Notes: a model not told the origin generated them from the letters alone. A stretch of 48,089 nucleotides of DNA from Bdellovibrionales bacterium (GCA_043716655.1 JAYSYF010000092.1:1-48089); one strand, 5' to 3'. Positions 1 through 8,835 are shown, counted from the first letter of the stretch. Numbers and translations: made by a program.

Positions 1-81
1 AGTCTCGGCTTCGAGCGGCTTCACCTTGCGGTGAAAACCGAGTCCTTCATTGATGGGCTTAAAATCGAATTCGTTGTCCAT
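1..81 (-). CDS. hypothetical protein, 5' fragment only (gene runs off the left edge)
   Basis: A minus-strand ATG at 81..79 opens a frame (MDNEFDFKPINEGLGFHRKVKPLEAE...) that stays open to position 1. It lies 34 nt downstream of the rsmE stop on the same strand. Too short to name. Confidence 0.3.
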   Translation of the reverse strand, partial: MDNEFDFKPINEGLGFHRKVKPLEAET

Positions 82-115
82 CAGGTACCCCCGGAAAAAG
101 AAACTCGCACAATCC

Positions 116-910
116 TTAGCGCATGAGATCTAGCTCGTACTTTAGGACGCTGACCAGGGCCACGCAAGCCGTTTCAACCCGTAAAACTTGGCGCCCCAGA
201 GTCGCAGGCATCAGGCCCGCCACTTCAAACGCTGCCGCTTCCTCGCGAGAAAAGCCACCTTCGCCACCAACAAAGATCCAAATAATTCGCGGCGCTTGTG
301 CTCGTATAGCCTGCCCGAGATCGCGAATAGGCACTTTGCCGATCTCATAAGCAAATAGACCCGCTACTTGGCCATTCTGGTTAATTTCAGACTTAAGAGT
401 GCTCAGGAAGTCTGCGAGCTTTTGCGGAGGTTCAAGGCGCATTTTCTCCCCACGCCCACACTGCTGCGTTGCACTTTGTATGATTTTTTCGAACCGGCTC
501 TCTTTTGCGCCCCACGTGTCGGTCGCCGTACGAATGAAGCTATTGTCGCTGAAAAGCGGCTGCACGCTTTCGACGCCCATCTCGACGAGCTTTTCCAGAA
601 CGCTCTCGAGGACATTGAATCGTGGAATGGCGAGGGCCACACGCACGCGTGGGAAAGGAAGCGGTTCGATCGTTCGGACTTCACGAATAATCGCACTCAG
701 TTCCCGTTTTTTTTCACTGACGACTTCGACAAGAAAAGCGGCTCCGTCATAAAGAACCTCGAAGTGATCGCCAACCGTCTGGCGACAGACATCGCGAATG
801 TGATGAAGCGAATCGCCCTCGATGCGAACCGCAGTTCCGACCATCGCCTCGGGATTCGTTTTGGTTACATCAGTTACGAACGATTCGCGCTCGAGCCAAT
901 AACGTCGCAT
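116..910 (-). CDS. rsmE: 16S rRNA (uracil1498-N3)-methyltransferase RsmE
   Basis: ORF 116..976 has RsmE-like organisation and the C-terminal SPOUT-type motif IWIFVGGEGGFSREE. I place the start at the internal ATG 910 (MRRYWLE...), which removes the overlap with prmA (stop at 915). Confidence 0.85.
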   Translation of the reverse strand: MRRYWLERESFVTDVTKTNPEAMVGTAVRIEGDSLHHIRDVCRQTVGDHFEVLYDGAAFLVEVVSEKKRELSAIIREVRTIEPLPFPRVRVALAIPRFNVLESVLEKLVEMGVESVQPLFSDNSFIRTATDTWGAKESRFEKIIQSATQQCGRGEKMRLEPPQKLADFLSTLKSEINQNGQVAGLFAYEIGKVPIRDLGQAIRAQAPRIIWIFVGGEGGFSREEAAAFEVAGLMPATLGRQVLRVETACVALVSVLKYELDLMR

Positions 911-914
911 CTCT

Positions 915-1898
915 TCAGACCTCTTTGATCCAGCTCGAAGCGCACCATTCGCCCATGCGAGTTCGACCGCGTTCAATCAAACCAGTTTTCTTCGCAAAAT
1001 CGATGTGAAAATCATCTTCGCGATCTGTCAGGATTCCCGAAAGCACAAGTGTCCCGCCCGGTTTTACTGCTTTCGCTAAGTCGTCGGCCAAAACTAAAAG
1101 TACGCCGTCGATAATGTTTGCAATTACGAGGTCAAAGTATTCCCCGGTTGCGGAACACTCCCGCGCGATTTCTGAAATGTCGCGTTCATTGATTTTCGTC
1201 GCAACCGATTTGTTGAGTTCAAGATTTTCACGCGCGGTTCGACGCGCTTCTGGGTCGATGTCGAGACCGATGGCCGAAAAAGCACCCATACGTTCTGTGA
1301 TCAGCGCAAGAACGCCCGTGCCTGTTCCGACATCAAGGACTCGCGCACCGCCATCGCGCGCGCGAAGTTCCGAACCTTTCGACTTCATCCAGCCAACGAT
1401 CAACCCCGCAGCCAGCTTCGTCGTTTCGTGTGTTCCCGTACCGAACGCCATACCCGGATCCATCAACAAGACATGCTTTGGAGTGCTCGCGACAGCTTCA
1501 GGAATCGGACACCACTTTGGCACAATCCAGAAAGGGTCTGCGAACAAGAAGGGAACAAAACCTTTTTTCCACTCTTCGAGCCAGTCTTTGTGACTTTCAA
1601 GTACAACCGAAAAACGAATCATTGAATCGAGCGCTCGCAACTCTTGCTCGAGCGCGAGGCGCGCAGATTCACTTGGAAGCTCCGTGAAGTAAGCTTTGAG
1701 CGTTACTTCTGCTGTCTCGACAATTTCTGGATCGTAGCGAAGATCTTTTTGAACGAACGGAAGATCTTCTGACACACCTTCAGCGCCTGCGCCGAAAAGC
1801 AATGCAGTCACCTCGTCTTCAAGCGTGCGTGAAAGTTTTTGCACCAAAACCACCGCGAACTGCAGTGGCGCATCTGTGTTTTTACTGTTTGGGCTCAT
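915..1898 (-). CDS. prmA: ribosomal protein L11 methyltransferase PrmA
   Basis: 327 aa with the SAM-binding motif VLDVGTGTGVLAL and a PrmA-type N-terminal domain. It sits immediately upstream of rsmE. Confidence 0.9.
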   Translation of the reverse strand: MSPNSKNTDAPLQFAVVLVQKLSRTLEDEVTALLFGAGAEGVSEDLPFVQKDLRYDPEIVETAEVTLKAYFTELPSESARLALEQELRALDSMIRFSVVLESHKDWLEEWKKGFVPFLFADPFWIVPKWCPIPEAVASTPKHVLLMDPGMAFGTGTHETTKLAAGLIVGWMKSKGSELRARDGGARVLDVGTGTGVLALITERMGAFSAIGLDIDPEARRTARENLELNKSVATKINERDISEIARECSATGEYFDLVIANIIDGVLLVLADDLAKAVKPGGTLVLSGILTDREDDFHIDFAKKTGLIERGRTRMGEWCASSWIKEV

Positions 1899-1902
1899 GC
1901 CC

Positions 1903-2664
1903 TTAAGCTGTAGGCGGTGGAACCGGCTGTGTCACTCTTTGAGGTGCGGAAGAACGCTGAGGCTGTGTCGATGTGGGCTGAGGCTCAGCTAAAGAAGGCT
2001 GCGGCTGTGCCGCCGTGTCACTTTTTACAGGTACAGCGACAGCTGGAACCGTTGCGGATTCCTTAACAGGAGCCGGAACCGTCGTCGATTCGACGTTCAT
2101 CGTCGCAAGGACTGGTGTCGAAGCTTCTTCAACCGCTGCCGTTTTCTTTTTCTTCTTCGTCGATTTAGGAGCTTCCGTCGTAATGCCGCGCATGTCGACG
2201 CGGTCGCCGATCATAATCGCTTCGTATTCAAGCGTTGGCCGCTCGTCATCGCCGAGTTCGCTCGCAAGTCTTGCGACTGCCATGTTTCGTTCAACGTGAA
2301 TGACTAAAACTTTTCCAACCGGAACTGTCAGAATCCCCTGCTGCTTATTTTGCACGGGATCATGAACTGGAAGCGCGCGGCTTACGGGAAGGTATTGACC
2401 CTTCTTGAATCCAACTTCGACACCAGCATTGATATAAAAATCGTGGAACGTCGGATCCGTCGGCTCCATTGGAAGCGACTTTCGAACGTCGAAAATAGTT
2501 GGAGTATCGTCACCCGCAACGTTCTCGCGCGGAGTTCCCTGCGCTTGCGCTGATTCCGCAGCGAGCGTTATTACGAATAGAAAAAATGGGATCACTGCTG
2601 AGATGACCGACCGGCTGATTAATTTCACTGGCATGTCGAGACGCCTTTCCTTGGCGGGCACCAT
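1903..2664 (-). CDS. hypothetical exported protein with a K-run and a Pro/Gln/Ala-rich C-terminal tail
   Basis: ORF 1903..2727. The best start is ATG 2664 (MVPAKERRLDMPVKLISRSVISAVIPFFLFVITLAAESAQA), with GGGAGG 5 nt upstream. It has a signal-peptide-like N-terminus. I recognise no family. Confidence 0.6.
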   Translation of the reverse strand: MVPAKERRLDMPVKLISRSVISAVIPFFLFVITLAAESAQAQGTPRENVAGDDTPTIFDVRKSLPMEPTDPTFHDFYINAGVEVGFKKGQYLPVSRALPVHDPVQNKQQGILTVPVGKVLVIHVERNMAVARLASELGDDERPTLEYEAIMIGDRVDMRGITTEAPKSTKKKKKTAAVEEASTPVLATMNVESTTVPAPVKESATVPAVAVPVKSDTAAQPQPSLAEPQPTSTQPQRSSAPQRVTQPVPPPTA

Positions 2665-2767
2665 CCTGGCCTCCCTAGGAAATAAGCCATTCTGGCTCAC
2701 ACATCTCTTCGGCTTTTGAATTTCCAATATTGAGACTAGCTGCCCTTATCGCGACCCGACTTTGGTA

Positions 2768-3775
2768 CTAGTATTTCGCGGCCTCGAATTTTACCTGGAT
2801 GTTGGTGCCGGATGGTTCTGGCTTGAGGTCGATGTCTTTCGCAAAGATCAGTGCGTTTCGGCTCGGATCAAAGACCCAGCCTTTGTGGACGTCGTTCGGA
2901 ATCGTCTGCGAACCGAATGTCACGACGATCGTATCCTTCAGAGGTGGACGTGAAAGATAGAGAACTGTTCCGACCCGTTCGATCACGTCATCGGCGAGAG
3001 CGGCGAGTTTTTTTCCAAAGTCGACATCGCAAAGACTAAAAGTTTTGGCCTTCGCCTCTTTGAAAAGTCCCTCGAGAATCCCGCGCTGTACGTCTCCATA
3101 GGGACATTTCTTGTCTGTCGACGAAACGTACGCCGCATAGACGATGACCTTATCCGGATCGCCCCCTTTGAGGCCCAGCAAAAACTTATAAAAATCGAGA
3201 CCCGTGACGTGAGAAAAATCGTCGGTATCGGTCACGATAATGATGACGAGTGTGGCATCAGGTCGGAAAAAATCTTTATTCACACCGTTCACGAGTGGCG
3301 CAGTCAGCGCGGCGTGAATTGGATCGTAAAAACGTTCGACGCCATCGCCGGTGCTTCCAGGCTGCAGATTTTTCCGCAGAACATCTTCACGGAACGGAGT
3401 CGTCCGGGTCACAAATTTAACAGCACCGTGCAATTTACCGCCGACGCCATATTCAGGCTCAAATCTCGGGTTCATACTCGAGGTCGTCACACCGATGTGA
3501 AAGTCGTAACCTTGATTGTTGAAAATCGCTTTTGTAAAGAGATCGGCGTTTCGTCCTAAGTTTGCTTGGTCATCTCCCATCGAACCCGAATCGTCGACGA
3601 CAAACAAAATGTCGACATCGCGACTGAAGCTAACAACCTCGGTTGTGTCTTTCACAATCTCGGGAACTTCAGTGTGCAACGGAGCAAGCTTCGGCGCTTC
3701 CGCCGAACACGAAAGCACCGCGAGACCGATCGCGATCACTGCGATCGGCTTAAATAAATTTGATATATGTGCCAC
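2768..3775 (-). CDS. von Willebrand factor type A (VWA) domain lipoprotein
   Basis: Lipobox LAVLSC follows a hydrophobic N-terminus. MIDAS-type motif DILFVVDDSGSMGDD. Confidence 0.8.
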   Translation of the reverse strand: MAHISNLFKPIAVIAIGLAVLSCSAEAPKLAPLHTEVPEIVKDTTEVVSFSRDVDILFVVDDSGSMGDDQANLGRNADLFTKAIFNNQGYDFHIGVTTSSMNPRFEPEYGVGGKLHGAVKFVTRTTPFREDVLRKNLQPGSTGDGVERFYDPIHAALTAPLVNGVNKDFFRPDATLVIIIVTDTDDFSHVTGLDFYKFLLGLKGGDPDKVIVYAAYVSSTDKKCPYGDVQRGILEGLFKEAKAKTFSLCDVDFGKKLAALADDVIERVGTVLYLSRPPLKDTIVVTFGSQTIPNDVHKGWVFDPSRNALIFAKDIDLKPEPSGTNIQVKFEAAKY

Positions 3776-3874
3776 GGGTAAAGCAGATCACGGTTCAATT
3801 GTGGCGGCTACGACCGATCTTCAAAGCCTGCGCTTTTCGTTCCAACAGGCAACGCCTCGAGCTCTAAATTAAAA

Positions 3875-3901
3875 AAAGACCAGGATCGCTCCTGGTCTTT
3901 T
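3875..3901 (-). terminator. rho-independent terminator ending the flagellar/csrA-fliW transcription unit (bidirectional shape)
   Basis: Stem GACCAGGA / TCCTGGTC (3878..3885 and 3890..3897) with a 4-nt loop. The minus-strand reading is followed by TTTTTTTAATTT. It lies 47 nt past the fliW stop. Confidence 0.7.
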
Positions 3902-3947
3902 ACTTTATAAGCTTAGCGCTTTCGCTGGACCGAACTTGTCGGACTAA

Positions 3948-4493
3948 CTACATCGTCGCTTCGGGTTCGTTTCCGCGGACTGGAAGTTTAACGGCAACTC
4001 CCCAATTCGCAGCCTGAGTTTTAATTGGAGTCTGAGGATTTTGAACAACACGGCTTTGCAGTTTTGCAAAAATCGGTTCGCGAATCGCGAGGTTGTTATC
4101 CTGAAGAACGATTTGGCGAGCCGAACGTTTTTCGATATTGATCACGATCGGAGCTTTGAGGTTCGCCGTCATCTGTGTCGCATCTTCGGGAACTGTGATG
4201 ATTGCGAAAGATCGAGTGCCTGCTGATTTTTTAAGATCGAGGCTCTCGAGATCGTGCTTCGTGAGATTCAGCTGATAGTTCGTCGTGAAGAGTTCTGGCT
4301 CGAGAACTGGAAAAGCGATCTGCGGAATTTCGCATGACTGGAGCCACGCGAAAATTTCGTCCGACGGATCATCGAGAAGAACAAACTTCCGAAGATCCGC
4401 GAAACCGAGAATGCCCTCAGGGAAAAGGATTAAATCCTCGTCCTGACATTGAACATGCCCGAAACGCGACGTCTGTACTTGTATTGCCGCCAT
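3948..4493 (-). CDS. fliW: flagellar assembly factor FliW (CsrA antagonist)
   Basis: FliW family pattern: ...LILFPEGILGFADLRKFVLLDD...FAWLQS...TANLKAPIVINIEKRSARQIVLQD. It carries about 40 extra C-terminal residues. Confidence 0.9.
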   Translation of the reverse strand: MAAIQVQTSRFGHVQCQDEDLILFPEGILGFADLRKFVLLDDPSDEIFAWLQSCEIPQIAFPVLEPELFTTNYQLNLTKHDLESLDLKKSAGTRSFAIITVPEDATQMTANLKAPIVINIEKRSARQIVLQDNNLAIREPIFAKLQSRVVQNPQTPIKTQAANWGVAVKLPVRGNEPEATM

Positions 4494-4783
4494 CTGACCC
4501 CCTGGAACCTAGACACTACGAAACCCTGATTCGGTGAATTAAGAGTCTTAAACTGATTTCGACTCGAATTTCGCCGGACCTAAGCCCCGACCCTTATCTA
4601 GAGCGTAGTGATGAGCATTTCCTCGGTGCAAGCGAAATACACGCGACGTGGACAAGTCTGTGTGAAAAGACGGGAAAACCCTCGGTTTTTCGAGCTGCCT
4701 GACAGGAGAAGCGCCAGTGGAGCGGCGTGCGAGCGTATGTGCGGCGCGTAAGGAAACCTTACGGCTCTATGAGGAAAAATGCC

Positions 4784-5011
4784 TTACGGCTTGAGTAGCT
4801 TGGCGACGGCGCGGGTTGATTCACTAGTCGTGTTCACCGATTCGGTATTCTGACTCTGAATCGCCAGATAGACTTCTTCGCGGTGAATCTTAGTGTCCTT
4901 TGGTGCTTCTATGCCCAACCGAACTTGCTTGCCCTTTATTTGGACAACACGAATCTTGATGTGATCATCGATCGCAATCGATTCGCCGAGTTTTCTGGTT
5001 AATACCAGCAT
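4784..5011 (-). CDS. csrA: carbon storage regulator CsrA (flagellar-type)
   Basis: [48 protein letters not shown] is near-canonical CsrA. Start at ATG 5011, with AAGGAGA 6 nt upstream. The longer ORF to 5131 is an artefact. Confidence 0.92.
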   Translation of the reverse strand: MLVLTRKLGESIAIDDHIKIRVVQIKGKQVRLGIEAPKDTKIHREEVYLAIQSQNTESVNTTSESTRAVAKLLKP

Positions 5012-5152
5012 TCGGGTCTCCTTCAACGTCCTGGTCAAAGTTTGTCTGCGAAGTGGCAGACGTAATTTACTAACAAAATTCACTAACGAGGTCTGCCGGA
5101 AGGCAGTTTTCGGCAGAGCCGAAAAATACACAAACCGACCGCTTCGTAATCC

Positions 5153-5180
5153 TTTACGGCATTAACGAAGCGTCGCTTTA
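5153..5180 (-). promoter_or_regulatory. candidate sigma28 (FliA)-type promoter upstream of csrA
   Basis: Minus strand reads TAAA-N16-GCCGTAAA; the consensus is TAAA-N15-GCCGATAA. The spacing is off by one and two -10 positions differ. It overlaps an alternative RNA-hairpin reading. Confidence 0.25.
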
Positions 5181-5190
5181 GCTATTCTTG

Positions 5191-6252
5191 CTACTTAAGG
5201 AAGTCAAGAAGGCTCGGTTGAATCAATTTGCCTGATGAGGCGAGTGAAGCCTTTAAGGTGCTTTCAGATTTGTTCAAATCGGATACCAGTTCAAAGTTGT
5301 CGACGTCTTCCAGACTCGACGCTAACGACTTCGTATCGATCACACCCTTGGTTAAACTCTCGAGCGAACTCTGCAGCGTTGATGTGCGTGAACCGATCTC
5401 TGCGCGAGCGAGCACGACCTGCGCCAAAGCCTCGTCTAGCCTATCTAACGAACCCTGCACGCCTTCCTTAGAGTTAGTTCGAAGGCTTACTTCAAGGTCC
5501 GACAAAACACCGAAAATATTCGTTCCATCATTTCGCCAAGTTGCCGAAAGACCGCTGGCTACAGGCATCTGACCTGGCTCAGAGGGCTCGCCTGCTGGGC
5601 CGCGAATTTGCGCTTCATTTTTAAGCTCTGTCGCATTTTTGGGATTGATATTTCCTGGAGTTGAATCGGATGGCGCATCACTCCTAACGCGGCCCGATCT
5701 AATTCCAAGCCCAAGAAAGATGCGACTGCCGGGAACGTTCAACGAAACGTCGGACTCTTTGCTGACGGCAACGCGCATCTCGCCATTGTCGCCCTTGTAC
5801 TCGCCGTCGTTCGTAAACGGTGGATTCGTCGTCTTGAAGCCACCGAACAAAAATCGGTCGCCAAGTTTTCGATTACCAACCTGTACAGTTTGATTGAAGA
5901 GTTGACTCACTTCCGTCGCCGATACCATTCGTGAAGTGACGTTCGCTCCGCCATCGGTCGATTGAGAAATAGCCAATTCTTTTGCTCGCGTCAGAACTTC
6001 CGTCATTTCACCAAGCGATTGATCCGAGAACTCGAGAAACGTTTTTGCCTGATTGATGTTTTTGATGAACTGATTGTCGGCATTTACACTCGTGCGCGCA
6101 CTGAGCACGCGAGTTGCCGCGAGCGGATCGTCGCTGGGTTTATTCACGCGCTTTTGCGTTGCTGCTTGGTTCTGCAAATCAGAGAGATCCGCGCGATTCT
6201 TTTGAATCGACGAGTTCACTTGATTGTAGGCCATTTTGTCAGCGATCCGCAT
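5191..6252 (-). CDS. flgL: flagellar hook-associated protein 3 FlgL
   Basis: Flagellin-like N-terminus (MRIADKMAYNQV...) and C-terminus. Position immediately after flgK. Confidence 0.85.
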   Translation of the reverse strand: MRIADKMAYNQVNSSIQKNRADLSDLQNQAATQKRVNKPSDDPLAATRVLSARTSVNADNQFIKNINQAKTFLEFSDQSLGEMTEVLTRAKELAISQSTDGGANVTSRMVSATEVSQLFNQTVQVGNRKLGDRFLFGGFKTTNPPFTNDGEYKGDNGEMRVAVSKESDVSLNVPGSRIFLGLGIRSGRVRSDAPSDSTPGNINPKNATELKNEAQIRGPAGEPSEPGQMPVASGLSATWRNDGTNIFGVLSDLEVSLRTNSKEGVQGSLDRLDEALAQVVLARAEIGSRTSTLQSSLESLTKGVIDTKSLASSLEDVDNFELVSDLNKSESTLKASLASSGKLIQPSLLDFLK

Positions 6253-6272
6253 TGCTACTTAACCCTTAATCC

Positions 6273-7697
6273 TTAAAGTCGTTTCAAATTCAGAACGGTA
6301 TCGAACATTTCGTCGGCGACACGAATCAGTCGCGCGCTCGCATCGAAAGATTTCTGATACTCGATCAGTTTCGTCGCTTCTTCGTCGAGGCTTACGCCGC
6401 TGACGCTCTCGCGAAGATTGTTCATCTGCTTCACGATATCTCGTTGAGTCGTGCTCGCAGTTTCTGCACGTCGAGCCTGAATGCCGACTTTGCCTACGAC
6501 GCTATTATAAAATTCGTCGAACGTGTGCTCGCCGCCGCCCATAGCTTTTGTACTTTGCAGCCGCGCCATTTGCAGTGCGATACGAGAGTCGCCTGGCGAA
6601 CCTGGCGATGCTCCCGTCGCGATGCGACCGACGTCATCAATGATGTCCTGATTCACTTTCAGGTTCGCAGACGCGTGTCGAACATCGGCAGGCAATTCAA
6701 AAAACTTTCCGCCGGTCTGATTGTAGGCGTTGAAACCTTTTTGATGAATCTCGTTCATGTTGGCCGCAAAGCCGTACGCCATTTTGTCGACGTCGGCCAA
6801 GAGTTCCGTCACGACTCGATCGCGCACGTCGAGAATACCGCCTACTTTACCACCAGTGATTTGCTGGGTGACGTTGATTGGCTCGGCACGCTCACTGTTG
6901 AAATAGAATATGTCGACGCCGCCTTCACGCTTTGTTGCGGTTTCGGACGTCGGCTTGGCAGCGAGCGTTTTTGAATCGTTGCCAACGACGAGCAGCGCCG
7001 AACCGGACGACACTGTGACACTCGTATCTGCGCCCTCAGCCCAGCGAATGTTAATTCGATCGCCGACTTGCTTCAGCAGAAGCTCTCGTCGATCGCGCTC
7101 GTCGTTTGCATGGCCGCCGGACATTTCGACCGCTTGGATCTTGTCGTTGAGCGACGCGATCTCTTTTGTCATGCCGTTCACTTCATCCAGACTGCTGACG
7201 ATCTGCTGATCGAGATCTTTCGTAATTTCGTTCAGCTGCGTGTGTACGCGCTTGAAGTCTTTCGTCAGAAAGTCTGCGGTTTCACGGACTTGGGTTCGAG
7301 TCGCAAGACTCTCGGGGCTATTCGCCATCTCTTGTACCGAACTAAAAAAGTCCGACACGAATTGGTTTAGACCTTTGTTCTGCTGTTCGTTGTAAACTTG
7401 CTCGACTCGTCCCATCGCTTCGGCTTTACCATCGTAAAAACCGCCGAGAGATCTTTCGTTGCCGAGTTGTCGTTCGAGGTAAGGATTGTTCGTTCGAGTA
7501 ATCGCCGCCGTTTTTGAACCGGTGCCGTATCGATTTTTGCCTTGGCCGATCGGTTGCGCCGTTTGAAGTTCAACGCGCTGACGAGAGAAACCTTCGGTGC
7601 TTTTATTTGCAATGTTATGGCCGGATGTCTGCAGCGCGGTCTGATTATTCATCATCGACCGCTTCCCGATGTCCATCATCAAGGAAATTTTAGACAT
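6273..7697 (-). CDS. flgK: flagellar hook-associated protein 1 FlgK
   Basis: N-terminus MSKISLMMDIGKRSMMNNQTALQTSGHNIANKSTEGFSRQ and C-terminus LDEEATKLIEYQKSFDASARLI are typical FlgK rod/hook-family ends. Confidence 0.9.
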   Translation of the reverse strand: MSKISLMMDIGKRSMMNNQTALQTSGHNIANKSTEGFSRQRVELQTAQPIGQGKNRYGTGSKTAAITRTNNPYLERQLGNERSLGGFYDGKAEAMGRVEQVYNEQQNKGLNQFVSDFFSSVQEMANSPESLATRTQVRETADFLTKDFKRVHTQLNEITKDLDQQIVSSLDEVNGMTKEIASLNDKIQAVEMSGGHANDERDRRELLLKQVGDRINIRWAEGADTSVTVSSGSALLVVGNDSKTLAAKPTSETATKREGGVDIFYFNSERAEPINVTQQITGGKVGGILDVRDRVVTELLADVDKMAYGFAANMNEIHQKGFNAYNQTGGKFFELPADVRHASANLKVNQDIIDDVGRIATGASPGSPGDSRIALQMARLQSTKAMGGGEHTFDEFYNSVVGKVGIQARRAETASTTQRDIVKQMNNLRESVSGVSLDEEATKLIEYQKSFDASARLIRVADEMFDTVLNLKRL

Positions 7698-7705
7698 AAC
7701 GACCT

Positions 7706-7742
7706 ACATCCTGTTCTTTTCGTGATCGCATCCTGCGATCAC
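7706..7742 (-). promoter_or_regulatory. flgK 5' leader: two CAGGATG elements (candidate CsrA binding sites)
   Basis: Minus strand: hairpin GTGATCGCA-GGA-TGCGATCAC (7722..7742, perfect 9-bp stem with GGA at the apex). ACAGGATGT (7706..7714) lies 8 nt before the flgK ATG. The GGA centres are 22 nt apart. Confidence 0.45.
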
Positions 7743-7748
7743 GTAACT

Positions 7749-7788
7749 GGAATTCGGGTATACCGGTTAACTGGTATACCTGAATTCC
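7749..7788 (-). promoter_or_regulatory. long inverted repeat (16-bp stem) between the flgN stop and the flgK leader
   Basis: GGAATTCGGGTATACC-GGTTAACT-GGTATACCTGAATTCC. There is one non-Watson-Crick position: G-T on the plus strand, A-C on the minus strand. No U-tract follows. The structure is certain; the function is unknown. Confidence 0.4.
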
Positions 7789-7792
7789 GGTA

Positions 7793-8356
7793 TTAAGCTT
7801 CCCGACTAACCAGCGCTCCGCCCTCAGGCTTACCGCTCATTGAACCTTTTTGTCCGTACGTTGTCTGTGGAGCCAATCCGTCTTTGATTGCTTCCATCGC
7901 ACCAGTGATCGATCGCAGTGCCGACTGTACGAGTTCTTCATTTGTCTTGTTCACTTCTGAAACGCGACGAACGAGAAGTTCCAGTACCGCGTGCATATTG
8001 CGCAAACGATCGCCTTGATCTTTCGGAAGATTCGCCGCGAGTTCGAGCAGGCGCGGTTGTTCAACATCCGAAGACGTCAACGCCGCGAGATCGCGAGCCA
8101 GTTTCGTACGGCCGTTCTCGAGTGAACGAATACGCACGAGCAGCGTGTCTTTTGCTCTATTGTTTTCATTGAGTTCGTCGAGTCGACTCTCAACTAAAAT
8201 TTCTTTTTCTTTTCGAACCACTTCGAGAAGTGATCGATAGATTTTTACGAGGTCGTCAAGATTGGCGAGAAGCTCTCGATAAACTGTATCGCGATTGCTT
8301 GGAAGCGTGGCTTCAGCGGCGCCTGGCTTTTCTGTGAATTTGCTAAACAGACTCAT
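7793..8356 (-). CDS. flgN: flagellar chaperone FlgN-like protein
   Basis: 187-aa helical protein between flgM and flgK, the conserved flgN slot. It has coiled-coil-like E/L/K/R-rich sequence. The call rests mainly on context. Confidence 0.7.
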   Translation of the reverse strand: MSLFSKFTEKPGAAEATLPSNRDTVYRELLANLDDLVKIYRSLLEVVRKEKEILVESRLDELNENNRAKDTLLVRIRSLENGRTKLARDLAALTSSDVEQPRLLELAANLPKDQGDRLRNMHAVLELLVRRVSEVNKTNEELVQSALRSITGAMEAIKDGLAPQTTYGQKGSMSGKPEGGALVSREA

Positions 8357-8427
8357 TTTGCTGCCTTTCTTCCTTGAGAGGCTCGTACATCGTCGAGAAA
8401 AAATCTAAATCGAAACTGCTTGTTTCG

Positions 8428-8751
8428 TTATTCGTTCATTTTCAATTGTTCGCTTACAAGTCGCTCGGCAATTGCATCCGAATCAACTTTGTAAGATCCG
8501 CTATCGATCATCGCCTGAAGACGCGCCACTTTTGCTTGGTCGATATCACCGCTTGGTGTCGACATTTCTTTTACGCGTTTCATTTCTTGTGCGCGCGAAG
8601 AGACATTCACATTCGTCGATGAACCAACGGTTGCGCCAAGCGCTTCAGCCGCTGACGATTTGCCGTTACGTGCGGACTTCGCCACGTCAGCGGTCGTCGT
8701 TGGCGCTGCATTTCCGGCCACATTCTTTGGGCCTGAGTTCGAGACTTTCAT
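8428..8751 (-). CDS. flgM: anti-sigma-28 factor FlgM
   Basis: 107 aa, with a disordered N-half and the C-terminal motif IDQAKVARLQAMIDSGSYKVDSDAIAERL typical of FlgM. Confidence 0.9.
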   Translation of the reverse strand: MKVSNSGPKNVAGNAAPTTTADVAKSARNGKSSAAEALGATVGSSTNVNVSSRAQEMKRVKEMSTPSGDIDQAKVARLQAMIDSGSYKVDSDAIAERLVSEQLKMNE

Positions 8752-8835
8752 GAAACCTCCACCACTGAAAAAACCAGGGCTCTATAAAAGTGTATCACAA
8801 TGAGACAAGAATCCACGAGCCCATAAGACCAGAAA

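Noticed and set aside
5012-5131. N-terminal 40-codon extension of the csrA ORF
   Set aside because: Canonical CsrA begins at MLVLTRK (ATG 5011) with AAGGAGA upstream. The extension is leader sequence. Similar over-long ORF starts were trimmed for rsmE (976 to 910), flgF (14818 to 14695), speB (37301 to 37175), 37189..38172 (to 38052), recX (25579 to 25732) and 1903..2727 (to 2664).
7293-7302. tRNA T-arm-like string GGTTCGAGTC (also at 42576..42585)
   Set aside because: Both copies lie inside well-supported CDSs (flgK antisense, and the 42289..42873 gene). Neither has a surrounding cloverleaf (acceptor or anticodon stems).
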